64,000 nucleotides of DNA from contig CM082582.2 in assembly GCA_040954595.2 (NCBI GenBank), positions 6,822,063-6,886,062 of the forward strand, in the 5' to 3' direction. The translations under genes and the position numbers were made by a program. The DNA is from Balanoglossus misakiensis (lineage: Eukaryota; Animalia; Hemichordata). Below the pieces are notes generated by a model. The model had not been told where the DNA came from. It did no database searches and saw only the letters and a list, made by a program, of their open reading frames with translations. Of this stretch, positions 1-12,959 are shown in pieces. Position 1 is the stretch's first letter. Each line of letters opens with the position of its first letter.

Positions 1-460
1 CGCTTCTCACTGCAATGAAGAAGAAAAATGTATCCGGCTAAAGACGCTTCATGAAGATGGCCGCGTCGGTTCCATTACTTTTTAGAGTGGCGATGTGCCG
101 TAAAATGGCACATTTCACATTTTAATAAGTTTGCTGTCTTATAAATGACACTTATAATAGCAAACGTGCCTTGGATCTGTGTCATAGGGTTTTAACATGT
201 CCACGTGACAACACGTCTTGTGTGCAAATTATCGCACGTTTTAACGTTTGTCTACTACATATATATACAACGAACATAAGGTTCTTCGGCATTGTGATTC
301 TCGGCATGTAATTCATCAACAACACGGTTATTGCACGTTTGTTCTCACGGCAAATTTGGCTCTGGTGTGATTATAACCGATTTCAAACGACCATCTTTCA
401 AGTGCCGTTAACGACAGGACAGCGCAAAAAAAAAAAAAAAACAGCCGCGTTTTTTTCCAG

Positions 461-523
461 GAAATTCCGTCCTTTCATTGAAATGGACTATGATTTTGAG
501 AAAAGCGACATCAACTCCGGAAG
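461..523 (+). CDS. Candidate internal exon A of an unidentified plus-strand gene (KFRPFIEMDYDFEKSDINSGR)
   Basis: Acceptor gcgtttttttccag at 460, donor AAG|gtaatt at 524; 63 nt, open in one frame, ends in phase 2, compatible with the exon at 1111. No homology recognised. Confidence 0.5.
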
Positions 524-1110
524 GTAATTTCTCGCGATACCAAAAAAGGTTCATTCACCTCTGCGACTGCGCGCTGGGCACCAGGTCTGACGTCATCGGG
601 ATCTGTCAGGCGTGATCTACGTGCAATCTGCGCAATGACCCAAAGTTCACTCGTATATCTCGTTTAATTTGGAATTTGTTGCAGTTTATCATTTTTGAGG
701 TCACGAGCAGTCGAAAAGCAATCTGAAATAACCGACAATATAGAACGAAAGCGGGATTGCGACGAAGTGGATATCTTTTGATCATTTCACACTCACAAAG
801 AAGTATGTCCGTGTGCGTATTTGCATATAAATGACATAAGGTGGGCAGGAGTAAAAAAGGGAAAACCGAATACCGACACCTGTTCAGTTCTAGGAGGTAT
901 GGTCAGGTCACATTACATGTGAGTGTCCAATTACTTAGTAATTGCCAAACAGTCGAATATGAACTATAGGGTAATCCTTATTCATGTTTGGTGGAATGCC
1001 ATGGTAACCTCAGCATTCTTCCATATTACCTAACTAGACGCTTTATATTGGCAATTGATTGATTGAGTGACGGGTGTTGTCGCCTCTACTGGCAAAATTG
1101 TTTAATTTAG

Positions 1111-1180
1111 AGGATTGACAAAGGGATATACGTTGGTCCCAACCCTTCGGTTGTTCGCTCTAAAATCAATGATAAGTAAC
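1111..1180 (+). CDS. Candidate exon B of unidentified gene (GLTKGYTLVPTLRLFALKSMISN)
   Basis: tttaatttag acceptor and AAC|gtgagt donor; enters phase 2, leaves phase 0, no stop. Confidence 0.5.
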
Positions 1181-1596
1181 GTGAGTAAAAGACAACAAAA
1201 TGGGTTACAATATAGGCGATTACAGAATCTTACAAGCAAAACATGCCATCTGTGGCAGTGGAAATCGTTCCCGTAATACTGAAAAGAATGCGCATGCATT
1301 TGGCAACACGATTCTCCTTGATGACGTTGTTTAACTTGTAATCCGAGCATTACGTTATACGCCATGCTTTGTCGAAGTCGTTCCAGACAAAAGGGTAACT
1401 ATATAGGTATACTGGAAACGGGGTGTGACATGAATGTCGTGGTAACTTCAGATACAATTTCCCTGCCGACCGCGTGGTGTGCTTTCGCGGGGGGAAAACA
1501 CGACAGCGTATGATCATTAAAACCAACGGCTGAAACTTGAGCCTGCGCCGAGGCCTGCAATATTTTCCACTTCGTTAAAAACATTCCTCTTAACAG

Positions 1597-1677
1597 AATC
1601 GGCTTTATTTGGCTATACTGGCAAATCCCGATAATACTGCAAATGTCAGAGGGGCAGGATGCCCGGTGATGTCACAG
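1597..1677 (+). CDS. Candidate exon C of unidentified gene (NRLYLAILANPDNTANVRGAGCPVMSQ)
   Basis: ttcctcttaacag acceptor and CAG|gtacat donor; 81 nt, open only in phase 0, which is the phase exon B requires. Confidence 0.5.
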
Positions 1678-2097
1678 GTACATCGGCAAACACAGTAGTC
1701 TTAATTAGCGAAATACATCGAAATCCGATCATGGTTTATATTCGACGGAATTAGTCATATTTTAGCTTATTTTTTTCTGAAAACATGCCCATTTATATTT
1801 ACCTCTAAGTGAGATCCTAATTTAATGGGAGTACAAGGGTCGTACCGCCAAATCCGCGGACATCGTCACTAACAGTCGGATCCCCATTCAGATGTACCTT
1901 CATCGGCGCCTTTTGACTACTTTGCGTAAATGTGGTGGGCTCCAATGTCAGTGACGCGTAAACACCTCGGGTCCATTAGAATTCATTTTATCTCGTCAAC
2001 CCGGCATTTAGCGAATAATCTCATCAGATGTCACAACTATTTTCTGTCTCCGATTTCCTAGCACCTAATATATGTTTTCACATCAAAATCTATCTCT

Positions 2098-2190
2098 GCC
2101 CGCCCGCCTGCCTGTCTGTCCCCCCCCTCTCTCGCTCTCTCTCCCACTCTCTCTCTCTTCTCTCCACCCCCTCTCTCTCTCTCACTTTCT
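2098..2190. repeat. Pyrimidine-rich (CT)n / (GCCT)n low-complexity tract
   Basis: Direct reading of ctctctc... runs. Confidence 0.85.
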
Positions 2191-2193
2191 CAG

Positions 2194-2226
2194 CAGGTTC
2201 GTCAGTTTTTCATCGACTGCATCTGA
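2194..2226 (+). CDS. Candidate terminal exon of unidentified gene ((Q)VRQFFIDCI*)
   Basis: Long (CT)-rich pyrimidine tract, then tandem CAGCAG acceptor (2191-2196); phase-0 reading ends at TGA 2224-2226. Followed by AT-rich, CpG-poor 3'UTR-like sequence with AATAAA at 3256 and ATTAAA at 3694. Confidence 0.45.
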   Translation, partial: QVRQFFIDCI

Positions 2227-5200
2227 TTATACCGTACAGAAATTACATCACTGTCCAACAGAAGGAAAATACGACTTAATCTGACGTCAGACTGCCCCGA
2301 GCTACTGCCTGTGTTGACATTTTCAAGAGGCTTGTCTGAACTGACGTCTGCCATTATCCTGTAAATTTTTCTGCCGTGTCACTGTGCAAGAACGCTGACT
2401 ACAAATCATTAGAGAAGTAGACGGAGTAAGGCGCAGTATTCTGACTTTATAAAAAGGGTTAAAAGTTCCTTCCCATCAGAACTGTTTTGCAATTCCATGG
2501 TGTTTATCTTCTGCAAATCTGTTGAACGGCAGGAGTCCATGCTGTCAGTGGTTTCACTTAATATCCAAATATCACTCGTGGATCATGGCGGATTAAAAAG
2601 AAACTAATTTTGACAAAGTGCTTATATTAATGTCCTATGAAACCTTGTTGTGCATGGATGGTGAGATCATTGGGAAACTATGATGAGATTTGTTCAGTGG
2701 CATGCTTAAATTTCAAATGGACATAATTCCAAGACATTATCAATATATTTTCCGGGTAATAGGTGAATCTACACCCCCAGTTTACTATTCATCACAAAAG
2801 AATCCACTGTGAAGATATCTCAACATTTCTGCGGCCTCCCATAATTTCTCTGGTGACCATGACCTGATACTGACAATGCCATCGAGGTGTCCACTAGACA
2901 ACGTTTTAATGACCATGTTGGTACGAGAGTAGGCTCTAATTGGCTGTTCAGATTCCCTCAGATTCCCTCAGTAAGACAGACTGTATTCTTTGAGCCATTT
3001 CAGCTATAAGCAGACGATAATTTTTATTAAGCTTGTGCATTAGTGCACGCATATTTCACTGATCTGTATCAGCATACAATCTTTGCTGAAACATGCCATT
3101 GTCCTTCAAAGTTTATGAGACGCCATCTTAGTTGGTTCATCGGCTAATTAGATAGAGTGAAATTAATTGGATCTATTGGTTTATGTCTTACAAAAGCTTT
3201 GGGGGGAAATACTATTTCTGCTTGTCAGTGAAGTAATAGGAAACTTGCACATAACAATAAACCAAAGTCTCCCTACAAACATTTTGGTAGACGTAAATTA
3301 TATTGAATAACCACAAAGCAAATATTCAAGAAACTTTACCCCGATTTATAGTTGAATACAACATAGAGGTGGTCTCCTCACAGAAAAAAAACTAAATGAT
3401 TAGAAATTTAGAACGAGGTGAACTCAGGGCTTGAAACACAAGCAATGGGTTACAAGCAAATGCCAATTTACTTGTGTAATTTGCCTTACTGATTTGCAGT
3501 AATATGCTTTCAAATTTGCAGTGCGTACATTGTATATACACAGCTGACCAAACAGGGGCTATATCCCCTAAACAAATTATCTGCGTGTAGTGTAACATGA
3601 TTTAAGTCGGTTATGCGGGCAAATATTATGAGTTTGCCATGGGTGATCCGATTCCACGCTTTTCTAATCAATTAGTTTGGATTCACCGAATCGATTAAAG
3701 TGTATAATTTGTACCTTGTAGTATTTGACTTGTAGCACTGTGGGATTAGGTCTGTTTTCCATGAATTTCGAAAGTATGTTGTTCTGTAACCCTAGGGAAA
3801 GCATGCTCCGGAAGCCAGAGACAGGTGTCTTTGTGCATAAATGAATTTACTCTAATATGAATTGGATTATTGCGATCGGGCAGAATTTCTAAGTACCCAG
3901 TGATAATGATTGGAAAGAAACAAACAAGCTGTTAAACGGTAAAGTAGAATGGTTTGGTTCACAGAATCAACTTCAGCAGAAAGGCCAAGTGAAACCAAGA
4001 AAGCAGCACATGTTTCATCGACATTATTTATTCGGAGAATACGCGTTTTCAATTGGTTATAAAACTTCCCAACTTTGTAACCAATTATGAATTTTGCACG
4101 CATTCGCTCGTGTGGCGATGTAAAATGCGTACATGTACGTGTAGTTAGTAGTTTTAAGTTCTTGTCGACGCCACACACAATTTTTTAACACATTGAAAAG
4201 ACAAGTTGCTGTGATGTGCGTTTTAAAATGCGTGAATAATAGTTGACCCACCCTTACTATTCAAGGGCAGTATATGTTTACCTGAACATATATTTGTATA
4301 AGAGTCGAGCGGAAATTGAAGAATAAAGGCGTTAAATCTGGTGTGATACCATTACACGAATTCGTCCACGTTACTCTCCACATTCATTGCGTCGTGAATA
4401 GAAACCGTGGAAATACGACACACACGCCCCTAATGACCGACCACTTAAACGACGGATGCGCGGCGATTTCTCCCCAGCCCGAGCGTTGATCAACGGTAAT
4501 TTGTTAATAAAATCCCCTTTTCAGCGGTCGCTTCCCTCCGGTAATTATGCTGTGTTTTACGACGCCACTGTGTGTCGCATAGCAACCGTTTCATTTCAAT
4601 TGACCCCCCTCCCCCGTTCATGTCAATGTACTGTGTTCAAGTACCCGAATTCAGAGAGAACATATTGGCCACTTAACACTGTGCAAATATTGATTTTTAC
4701 TTTTATCGGCATTGTAAATTCAAGGAGAAGGTGTATAAATGATAGTAAAAATATATAGGTATTATCTGACTGTATGAAAAATAATGGATGTCGAACTTAG
4801 CATCGCAAATGTAACTGTTGATAGTATGTGTTCTGTTTAATTGGCAACTTGTACCTCGAGGGTACTACTCACTTTTCAGAGTATATTTGCCTCGTTCAGT
4901 TACTATGGTAAGATCCTTTGAATGATTGCCAGTTTGTTCCTTAACAATTGCAACGAACGGGTGCTGTTTGTTCTGTTATGGACTCGAACATGAAGACTTT
5001 AAATGGGCCCCTGACACGTACAGGTCTGTGACCGAAAGCACCATCTACATAAATATACATCGTCACCAGATCATCGATCAAATGACACGGCACCTCTTCA
5101 TCTTCGAATTTTGTGTGTGTGTCCAATACGTAAGACATCCAGAGATACCGCAGTCAATAAAAGTTTCTGTTGGGGCATGTTATTGACCTGGCAAATGATG

Positions 5201-7496
5201 TAGAAAATTAAATTATTATTTTCCATTTACCACTAGGGACGTGACATTATCGCTAAGTGTTCATTCGAGTCCGTCTGGCCCTTACTAAGTGAAGATCAAG
5301 ATTCCCCCTCTAACGCGAACACACGGCTCGCAGCCATGTCAAGGGCACGCGCGCCACTGACGAATCTTGATTTCGTTAGATCAATAATCCTTTAATCGAT
5401 TTTAAATCAAGTCAACTCATGAGACACAAATTAACCCCGGGTGACATTAACGTTTTTCCTTGCAGAACTGCTTTGCTTTCAGCGGTCGCATTTGAGAATG
5501 TCACTCTTCATTCCATGGTCGACGCCGGCGGCGCACGCGCGCGTGGGACGCGTCAGAAATGCATCTCTTCCTTCCCGCGGTTGGAGTAGCCCACTGAAGT
5601 AAAGTGGAGAGTGAAGTTGTCTATGTGATGTAGGTAGATACATAATGTACTGTACTGTACTGGAAAACTGTGGTCATGACCAAGATCTTGGCAGAAACTA
5701 GACTTGTGAACTAATTTCCCGCACATTAACCCGTTTCAGCGAAGGCACTAATTGTCCTTCACTGTCACATTCTACATCTGTCAGACAGTCACCTTTTTCA
5801 TCAGGTATTATATTTCATCGCTAACCTGAACGTCAGAACCGAAATAATTCTTCCCGGGCTTAAGACGCATGTCCGCTGAGATGAAAGTACTCTGACACAC
5901 TTTGTATTAAACCCTAAAAGTTGTAATCTGCTGCTTCTGCTGAGGCATCGATTATCTTTTTTGTCGGTGACAGCTACTTCAATCATCGAGAAACATTCTC
6001 AAGCACCTTAACCCTACATTGTATTATTAGACGCACAGCTTCGCAATGCAATATTGACCGTTTTGAAGGCACTCTGAAAGTTGATGAGTAAGATGAATAT
6101 CCCCGTTGACAGTGTTGTGTGAATTTCAATCCTCCTTAAAACGTTCCAATCATTGCCTCCTTCGAGGAGGGATCGATTTACACCTTCGCGCGGCGGAGCA
6201 ACGCGCCTGATAAATGTGACAACAGCTCGGCGCTAACTAGGATAGGGGCTTGGGCGGTGTTGATAATTTACGTCCACGGTAATGTCACGTTCTTTCGTCG
6301 CCTCTTCTAAAGTGCCTTAGCCGCGATCTCATTTCCCAGGGATTGTAACCGTGAAGAGGGAGCCGTAAAATTAATTGCACGCAACTCCGGAGCATTAACA
6401 CTCGTTCCGTCATTCGCACCGTTTTACGGCGTCACTCAGACAAAGTACAGCGAACAGCTGATCAAAATGCAAAATAAATCAACGCTCTCCATGAGACCGA
6501 GTTGACTTCATATGCACAAGGGAGAGCATATAGGGAGCTCCAACCAAGCAACATTTGAAATTCCATCATTGCTTCGCAATAACAATATGAGATTGTATAG
6601 TGATTAAGAGCGTGGCATACAATTTCACATTTGATTTTAAAATAGAGTGTGGTTTACAGTTCTTGTAATTCTTCTTGTATTGCTGATAATTCATTTTCAA
6701 ACCATTTCAAATTAATGATTGCGCCCAACAAATCTTTCATAATTTCAACGACACCATAAAATAGCACAAATGTAATTCAACATTTCCCCTTCAAATACAT
6801 TTATTGGACTGAATTATCAAAAATGATTAAGTTCGACAGCGTGTGTCGTCCTTGCAAAATACACAAAAACACGGTTTCGTAAAGGTGATCAAATGACTCC
6901 ACTTTATTACGCTACGTCTATGTTTTCTAAATCCTTGTTACATTTGCTTTACCATTAATTCCTAGTGCGTGTGCGGTATACAAAAAGAGAGAACATACAC
7001 TATAAAACGAATCCGTGTTTCAAAGATGGATAGTTCAGGTGTTTCTATTAATGTCCAGTTGCGTTGATGTTTTCGTGTATTAATAAAACTTAACAGGGAA
7101 TTAAAATAACTTTTTGTGATTTTTCTGACATGCATTTTGTTATTAACGTGCGAGTAAAATACTAAAATGTCTGACCAACGTACATTAGACAATATGAACC
7201 AGAGACCATCTTGGAAATATCGTCTTCAAAAAGTGCTGAGTAATTGAGAACGGTGTGATTCGTTTTATACGTTTATATAAAACATTCAACGACTTGATCT
7301 TGTCATTTGTCAGCTATGGTCTAAGCTAGCTCAAACTATTGAATTCGTGTCAAGTCATGTCTTGTCGACAAATGTTTATGAGTTTGAGAAGTAGAAGCAA
7401 TGAACAATAGAATGCGTACGATATAAAAACAACGTCTACACGATAGAACCATCATGAATCTAAGACATGCTTGTTGAGCATTTGGGTGTGGTTTTA

Positions 7497-7710
7497 GAAA
7501 GAGGAGAGTCGTCTGAACTGCACATGCGCAACTTTCGAGTTTATAAACGCACCATCAGCATTGTTAACGTTGCTACTGTTCAGGAAGATCCTGCCAAACA
7601 ATACATGCTACGTCAAAATAACTTTGGAATGTGATAAAAAGTAACAACATTGTTTCCATTTATGTACATTGTAGCAGTTACACTTTCACATACGGTTACA
7701 TGCTAGCAAC
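7497..7710 (+). mobile_element. Dispersed repeat copy (non-autonomous DNA transposon-like), homologous to 54697-55047
   Basis: Collinear shared blocks: ctgaactgcacatg, ttt(a/g)taaac(g/a)cacc, tgttcagg, ctgccaa, tgataaaaa, cattgttt, agcagttacacttt. Confidence 0.65.
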
Positions 7711-9308
7711 CGCGTCCTTTGGGGACGATCCAAATTATCAAACTTAGTCCAGAAGTATTACGAATTACATTCAACCACGATAATGAAGTGTGCTCAATAC
7801 GTAGGCAGTTTCCTATTGACAGGCTTAGATGAATCAATGGAAGCCGGGTAGCATTATCCCCTTTGAAATAAATTCTGACGTCTTAACTATAGTACAAGAA
7901 GAACGTTTTATCCACATATTGTACCACACTGACGTTCACGAACTGTAGACTAATTTGCTTCTTTTGAGGTATTTGTACAGACTGATTCGAATTCTTGAAT
8001 CGAATTAAGTATGGGTCTAAAAGTTAATCGATAAAGCCTACCACTACAGATTGTATTAATACATTTATGAATGTGCCAAAGTTTAGAATTATAGTGTCGA
8101 TTTGCATCTAAATCTACAGTGATATTTAATACTAATAGCTGACCTCAAAAAGTCTGAAGTCATTTTAACATGTTTTACACTTGATTTCATATGGAAAGAA
8201 CAGGCGCCAGTCCAGCGCCTTTTTGTTAGAAATTATCAAATTAAAGAAATGCCAATTTATAATGGCGTACCTTTTACTTGAAAAGTGGTTTTCTCTTATG
8301 TACAGAAGTTCAACAATCACAAAGCATTACTTCAGGTGTTACAAGGTCCGCAGACCCTGTTCAAAAGCTCAAAATACGATAGCAATCTTGGGCGTGTTGG
8401 TTAAATGTAGCGAAGACAGCGTTCACGATGTACGATGGCCCAAGCCGACAAGGAAAACACAGAATGTAATAAACACATTATAAATGCGGACATCTTGTCG
8501 TCTGCAGTCGTCCGCGCAGTCGCATAATCATGCAGACTTCTTTGAAGCGCGATCGACGGCCACATCCATTCACTGGTAACGTTAATGTTTGATGTCGTTT
8601 TAAAGCTTTAACGGGGCTCTGCAGACAAATTGTCCACACAGTTGTGGGTTTTTTCCGAAGTGAATTAGCTTGTGTTTAAACAGTTGTTGCGTGAGACAAA
8701 CAGAAAGCGCGTCTGATTCCCCTTGAGCTCTTCTTCGCGATGCCATGGGCATATCTCTAGACTCATGTTAGCAAATGAAGGTAGTATTGATCTGTAAACA
8801 TTTCTGCCGTTGAGAACGTGAAGCAAACAGAACGCAGTGAACCACACTGTATACAGTATCTCTGTATTTTATCCACCTGGATTTACAATTGAGTCTTCAC
8901 TTCGCTAGAAGAACGCAGGTCTTCACCACGCAGCAGGCTACCCGTAACACTGTTGGTATGTCAACGGCACAGATCACGTATAGGTTTCATACGGCGTGGC
9001 TGTCTGCTTTCGTTGATGATATGCTGAGAGGCCATTCACACCCGTAATCAGCTACGACTAATCTCGTCCCCAGCGAACCTCCATCATTCCATCAAGCTGG
9101 TGATATATACAGCACACTCCAGTCCACAAAAAAGATAACGAAATTAACATGCAGCTACCATCGCGTAAAAAGTTTTAAATCCATCTCGTGTGGTGACCTC
9201 CACTTGTACCCCTTTCGCTGTGTGATGCACGGTCTCGGGTATTAAAAAGACTCCGTTGCTAAGCACGCAAACGAAGTCCATCTGCAGTTGATATTTCCGA
9301 GGAAATCG

Positions 9309-9689
9309 CTACTCAAACCACACGTTCGAATCGGGCAGGTAATAGGCGAAGTAGGCGATCACAAAGAGCACGAATGTCACAGGGAAGCCCCACCGCGCTT
9401 TCCTGTCGATGGACCTGGCCAGGCGCCGGCAGTAGGGCTCCTCCTGCATCCCGTCGTGCTCGGGCTGAACTTTGACCTCCACCCCGCGGATGCCGCCGCC
9501 CCGGTACACTTCCCCGCCCTGCTCCCCGTGCTGCGTCAAATCGTACATGCGCGTTTTGGGGATGGAATCACTGTTACGCCTCTCTCGGTAGCCTTCGAAT
9601 GGAATCCCGCTGCTGGTGTGCTGTGGGCTCGACTTGGGTCTGCGTTCGCTGTCCACACAGTGGCAACATATTTTAGATATCTTTATATC
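9309..9689 (-). CDS. Cys-loop ligand-gated anion channel subunit, exon 9 (M3-M4 loop, M4, stop)
   Basis: tttttag acceptor, phase 0; ...LARSIDRKARWGFPVTFVLFVIAYFAYYL matches the 'A..ID..SR..FP..F..F...YW' M4 signature; TAG at 9311-9309. Confidence 0.93.
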   Translation of the reverse strand, partial: DIKISKICCHCVDSERRPKSSPQHTSSGIPFEGYRERRNSDSIPKTRMYDLTQHGEQGGEVYRGGGIRGVEVKVQPEHDGMQEEPYCRRLARSIDRKARWGFPVTFVLFVIAYFAYYLPDSNVWFE

Positions 9690-10222
9690 CTAAAAATGCA
9701 AAAAATACTATTATTAGTTTGTGCTTTGGCTGTAAGTTTTAATTTTACTCCAAACCAGGCTGATTACCACGTTGACGAACAAATGAGAATGCGCCACTCC
9801 TAAATCAGTTCATCTTTGTATTCTTGAAATAAAGTCTATTTCAATATCATTTATTTGTATAAAGACGGGATTGCCTTGCACGGTGCAGTAATAGTTTGAG
9901 TCGAATCTCAAGTTACCAAATATCGCAAACAAAATGTACATTAAAGAAGTAAAAATCTTCAATGTTAACCTCTGTATCAGGTATACGTCGAACTGCCAAA
10001 CAGGAACCGGAAATAGCAGTTGGAAAACTTTCTACCTGAGGTCCACATATCTTGATCAGACAGTGCGCAAATTGGCCTCTGCATTATCGAAGTTCTATCA
10101 AGCTATATGATGGCCTTTCCCTGTGTTTTGCTCGATTCTACTCATTGATCGTAAAGCCACAGTTAAATCCATCGAGGGTTACAGCATCACCTCGCTGGAT
10201 GTTGGAGAGCAGTAAACCGTTG

Positions 10223-10286
10223 ACTGATCGATCAGTTAAGGGGACCACTTAAGTGACATCAGTTAAGGGGGGACCACTTAAGTGAC
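10223..10286. repeat. Tandem duplication of a ~27-bp unit containing palindromes
   Basis: atcagttaagggg(gg)accacttaagtgac x2 (10231-10257, 10258-10286), preceded by palindrome actgatcgatcagt. Confidence 0.85.
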
Positions 10287-10755
10287 ACCGTGTAACTGCA
10301 CAGCCTATCGGATTCGCGGCGCAATGGCTTGATTGGTCTCGGATAAGTGATAAGTGCGGTTATCTTGTCGAGTAAAAAAGGGCAAATGCGGAATCAATTA
10401 GTGGGGGGAACGTTTGGCATGTACGATATCTGAACATCTATGTCTCTGATGTAAGGTCCGATAGCGGCAAGAATCCCCATTAGATGCAGACACGTTTCTG
10501 CAATCATGAAAGCAGGGGATCATTTCTTACGTCAGACACACTGACCGTTTATTGGTGCTTCTGGGCCAAAAAGTGCGGGCAGCTATAGCAAAAGCGCCAC
10601 AGTGCCGTACACAACAGCCGGCCTTTTGTCAGAAGAATTCACCACAGACAATGGAAGTCAAATTCTCACCGCAGAAGGAAGTCCGAGCCTACAGCACGAC
10701 GCCCGTGGGAGATTTCTTGGACACCCTCATTTGATATTAAATGAAGAAATCTTAC

Positions 10756-10881
10756 CTTAAAAGTACCCGTCTTTTTCCTATTTTCCGGCGGTTCTTTTGT
10801 CCAAAGGTAGTTTACAATTGCATACTCAAATGATATACCCACAATGAAGGAGAGGGTCGCGGCAAACCATATGTCAATTGC
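10756..10881 (-). CDS. Cys-loop channel exon 8 (M3: AIDIWFAATLSFIVGISFEYAIVNYL...)
   Basis: cacag acceptor, AAG|gtaag donor, 126 nt, phase 0-0; AIDIW...EYA.VNY M3 motif. Missed by the ORF track. Confidence 0.95.
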
Positions 10882-12174
10882 CTGTGAAGATTGAGGTACG
10901 CAAGTTAACAGCTGAGAACAAAATATACTGAAGCAATTTTAAAGTTTTTCACTTCACGAACTTAATGTAACTACAACCTAAGTCGCTGATTGAACGCGCA
11001 TGTATATATAGGCTCAACCAGATGGTCTAAATATTTGTATATTACGTAAATGTTAAGAATAAAATTAAGAATGTCTTTCTCGAGACGAGATATGATGCAT
11101 GTGATGATATTCAAACAACTGTCTAACCAAATGGCACGTGTCAAACACAATGGACATACGCCATGGCTTGAAGTGTAGTTTGTGAGTGTATCCGCAACGT
11201 CTGTCTGTCTGTCACTGGTTTTGTGGTTCCGATCAATAAAAGAACACCTTCCTGAAATGCAATCCTACATGTATGTGGTACACAGAAACACCAACGGCAA
11301 AGCTACAAATATAGAATATGGAAAGGTTTGGCAGACGACTGGAAATTCAGTAAGAAGGCATGTCCGTGACATTTAAAAGACGTCCCAATGCCTGAACGAC
11401 AGAACATAACTGACCACGCCCAGTTGGCGCGAACCTGCAAAGTAGAGAAACACTATCTAACGAAGTAACACCAACGCTCGAGTCGTTTAGCTCCTTTCCC
11501 AACAATTCCATCTGACTTCCACAGTTCAAGGAGACTTTCCTGTTTTTTCCAATTACACAGATACGCATCGGAGAAATGTGGAAACGGAACATTTTGATTC
11601 CCAACAGAAAACATTTAGCGCTGCCAAGTAATGGCTGCCGCCGCGACGTGGGACCCTCAGCGGGAAGAAGGTACCGTGCATATAGAAACGTTATTTGTTA
11701 AAAACCCTTTTTGTAACCAAGATGCGCTGAGATACTGTTATCTGCAGGAAGAAGCATAGAACACGTTTTAATGCCACGCGGTCTCCCGGGAACTCCTGCC
11801 GCGCTTGTTGAACTAAAAATTCATGGCAATTTGGGGGATTATGTCAATCCTGACACGCTACTTAGATGCAAGCTGGAAAAGTTGACAATCGATAAAGGCC
11901 GGATCTGTCGCCAAAGGGGACAGCTATGACGTCGTACCGTGGCCCAAAAGACGACGGTCACGTATACATATGATCCATGTGCGTACCCGACGTCATAGAT
12001 GTGCCTCGCGAACATTGGCCGAGGTTGCAAACTTTTCAGCTGGTTTTGTTTTCGCTGTCATGTAGCACTGCTCCGATGGAGTGGACCTTGACGGTGAACG
12101 GAGACAAGAAATCAATTTACTTCATATTTTTTTATTTGGTCTTATACAGAATTCGAATAAAGGAAACCCACTAC

Positions 12175-12404
12175 CTTGATGTACGCCACTTTCGGTAGAC
12201 CGTCGAAGTTACCGACGCTCGTAGTGGTCATAGTTAACACCGTCGTCGTGCAAAGGGTGACCCTGGCCGGTGTGGATGTAATATCAATCCAGAAGCTCAT
12301 CCACGACAGGACGACAATGAGAATACTTGGAAGATACGTCTGAAGAAGGTAAAATCCCAGTCCCCGGGTCAACACAAACGTCATTCCCACACACGACACG
12401 TTGC
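12175..12404 (-). CDS. Cys-loop channel exon 7 (end of loop C, M1, M2 with PAR motif)
   Basis: GFYLLQTYLPSILIVVLSWMSFWI...PARVTLCTTTVLTMTT...LPKVAYIK; ttacag acceptor, gtagtg donor; 230 nt. Confidence 0.97.
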
Positions 12405-12579
12405 CTGTAACAAAATATCGATTTATTTTTAGTCGGTAGACCACTCAATATAGCACAATTCACTCCATATACGCACGAGCCTCAGGCGATTCCAAAGCCA
12501 GCAAGTATACACGATGCCTTAATCAAAACAGTCAATGCGGTCATATTATCACAACAGTGTAAATTTGCCACTAACTTAC

Positions 12580-12717
12580 CCGTTTCATACATATCGTGGG
12601 TGCAGTTAATTGTAGTTATCGGCGATATCCCAAACAACGGTAGACGAACATCTTTTTTTGTGATGATTGGTTTGCTGTCTCTCCACTTTAAAATAAGATT
12701 TTCGCTGCTATAGGTAT
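12580..12717 (-). CDS. Cys-loop channel exon 6 (loops B/F/C)
   Basis: (Y)TYSSENLILKW...VRLPLF...CTHDMYETG; 138 nt, phase 1-1, the typical size for this exon in GlyR/GABA-A genes; gtaagt donor. Confidence 0.95.
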
Positions 12718-12876
12718 CTAAGGTACGAAATACAGTTTGCATAACACAACGACGTAAATGTGTTAGCCAAATAAAGTTCCAAAGTAATTTCAAGCCGTAT
12801 TTCAAAGTGACGAAATTACATGTATACAGAAAATAAGATGAAATAGGGAATATTATCGCCATCAAAAATGACTTAC

Positions 12877-12959
12877 AACTCTCGATGTCAAGTCCGCATT
12901 CTTGCTGATCCATCGGAAATCGACGGAAGTCCATATTGCAGGACAGAATTAGGGTTAAC
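12877..12959 (-). CDS. Cys-loop channel exon 5 (Cys-loop CNMDFRRFPMDQQEC)
   Basis: C-x13-C signature with FPMD; 83-nt exon; caactag acceptor, gtaagt donor. Confidence 0.97.

Noticed and set aside
9288-9803. 171-aa plus-strand ORF
   Set aside because: Antisense shadow of the GC-rich channel exon 9.
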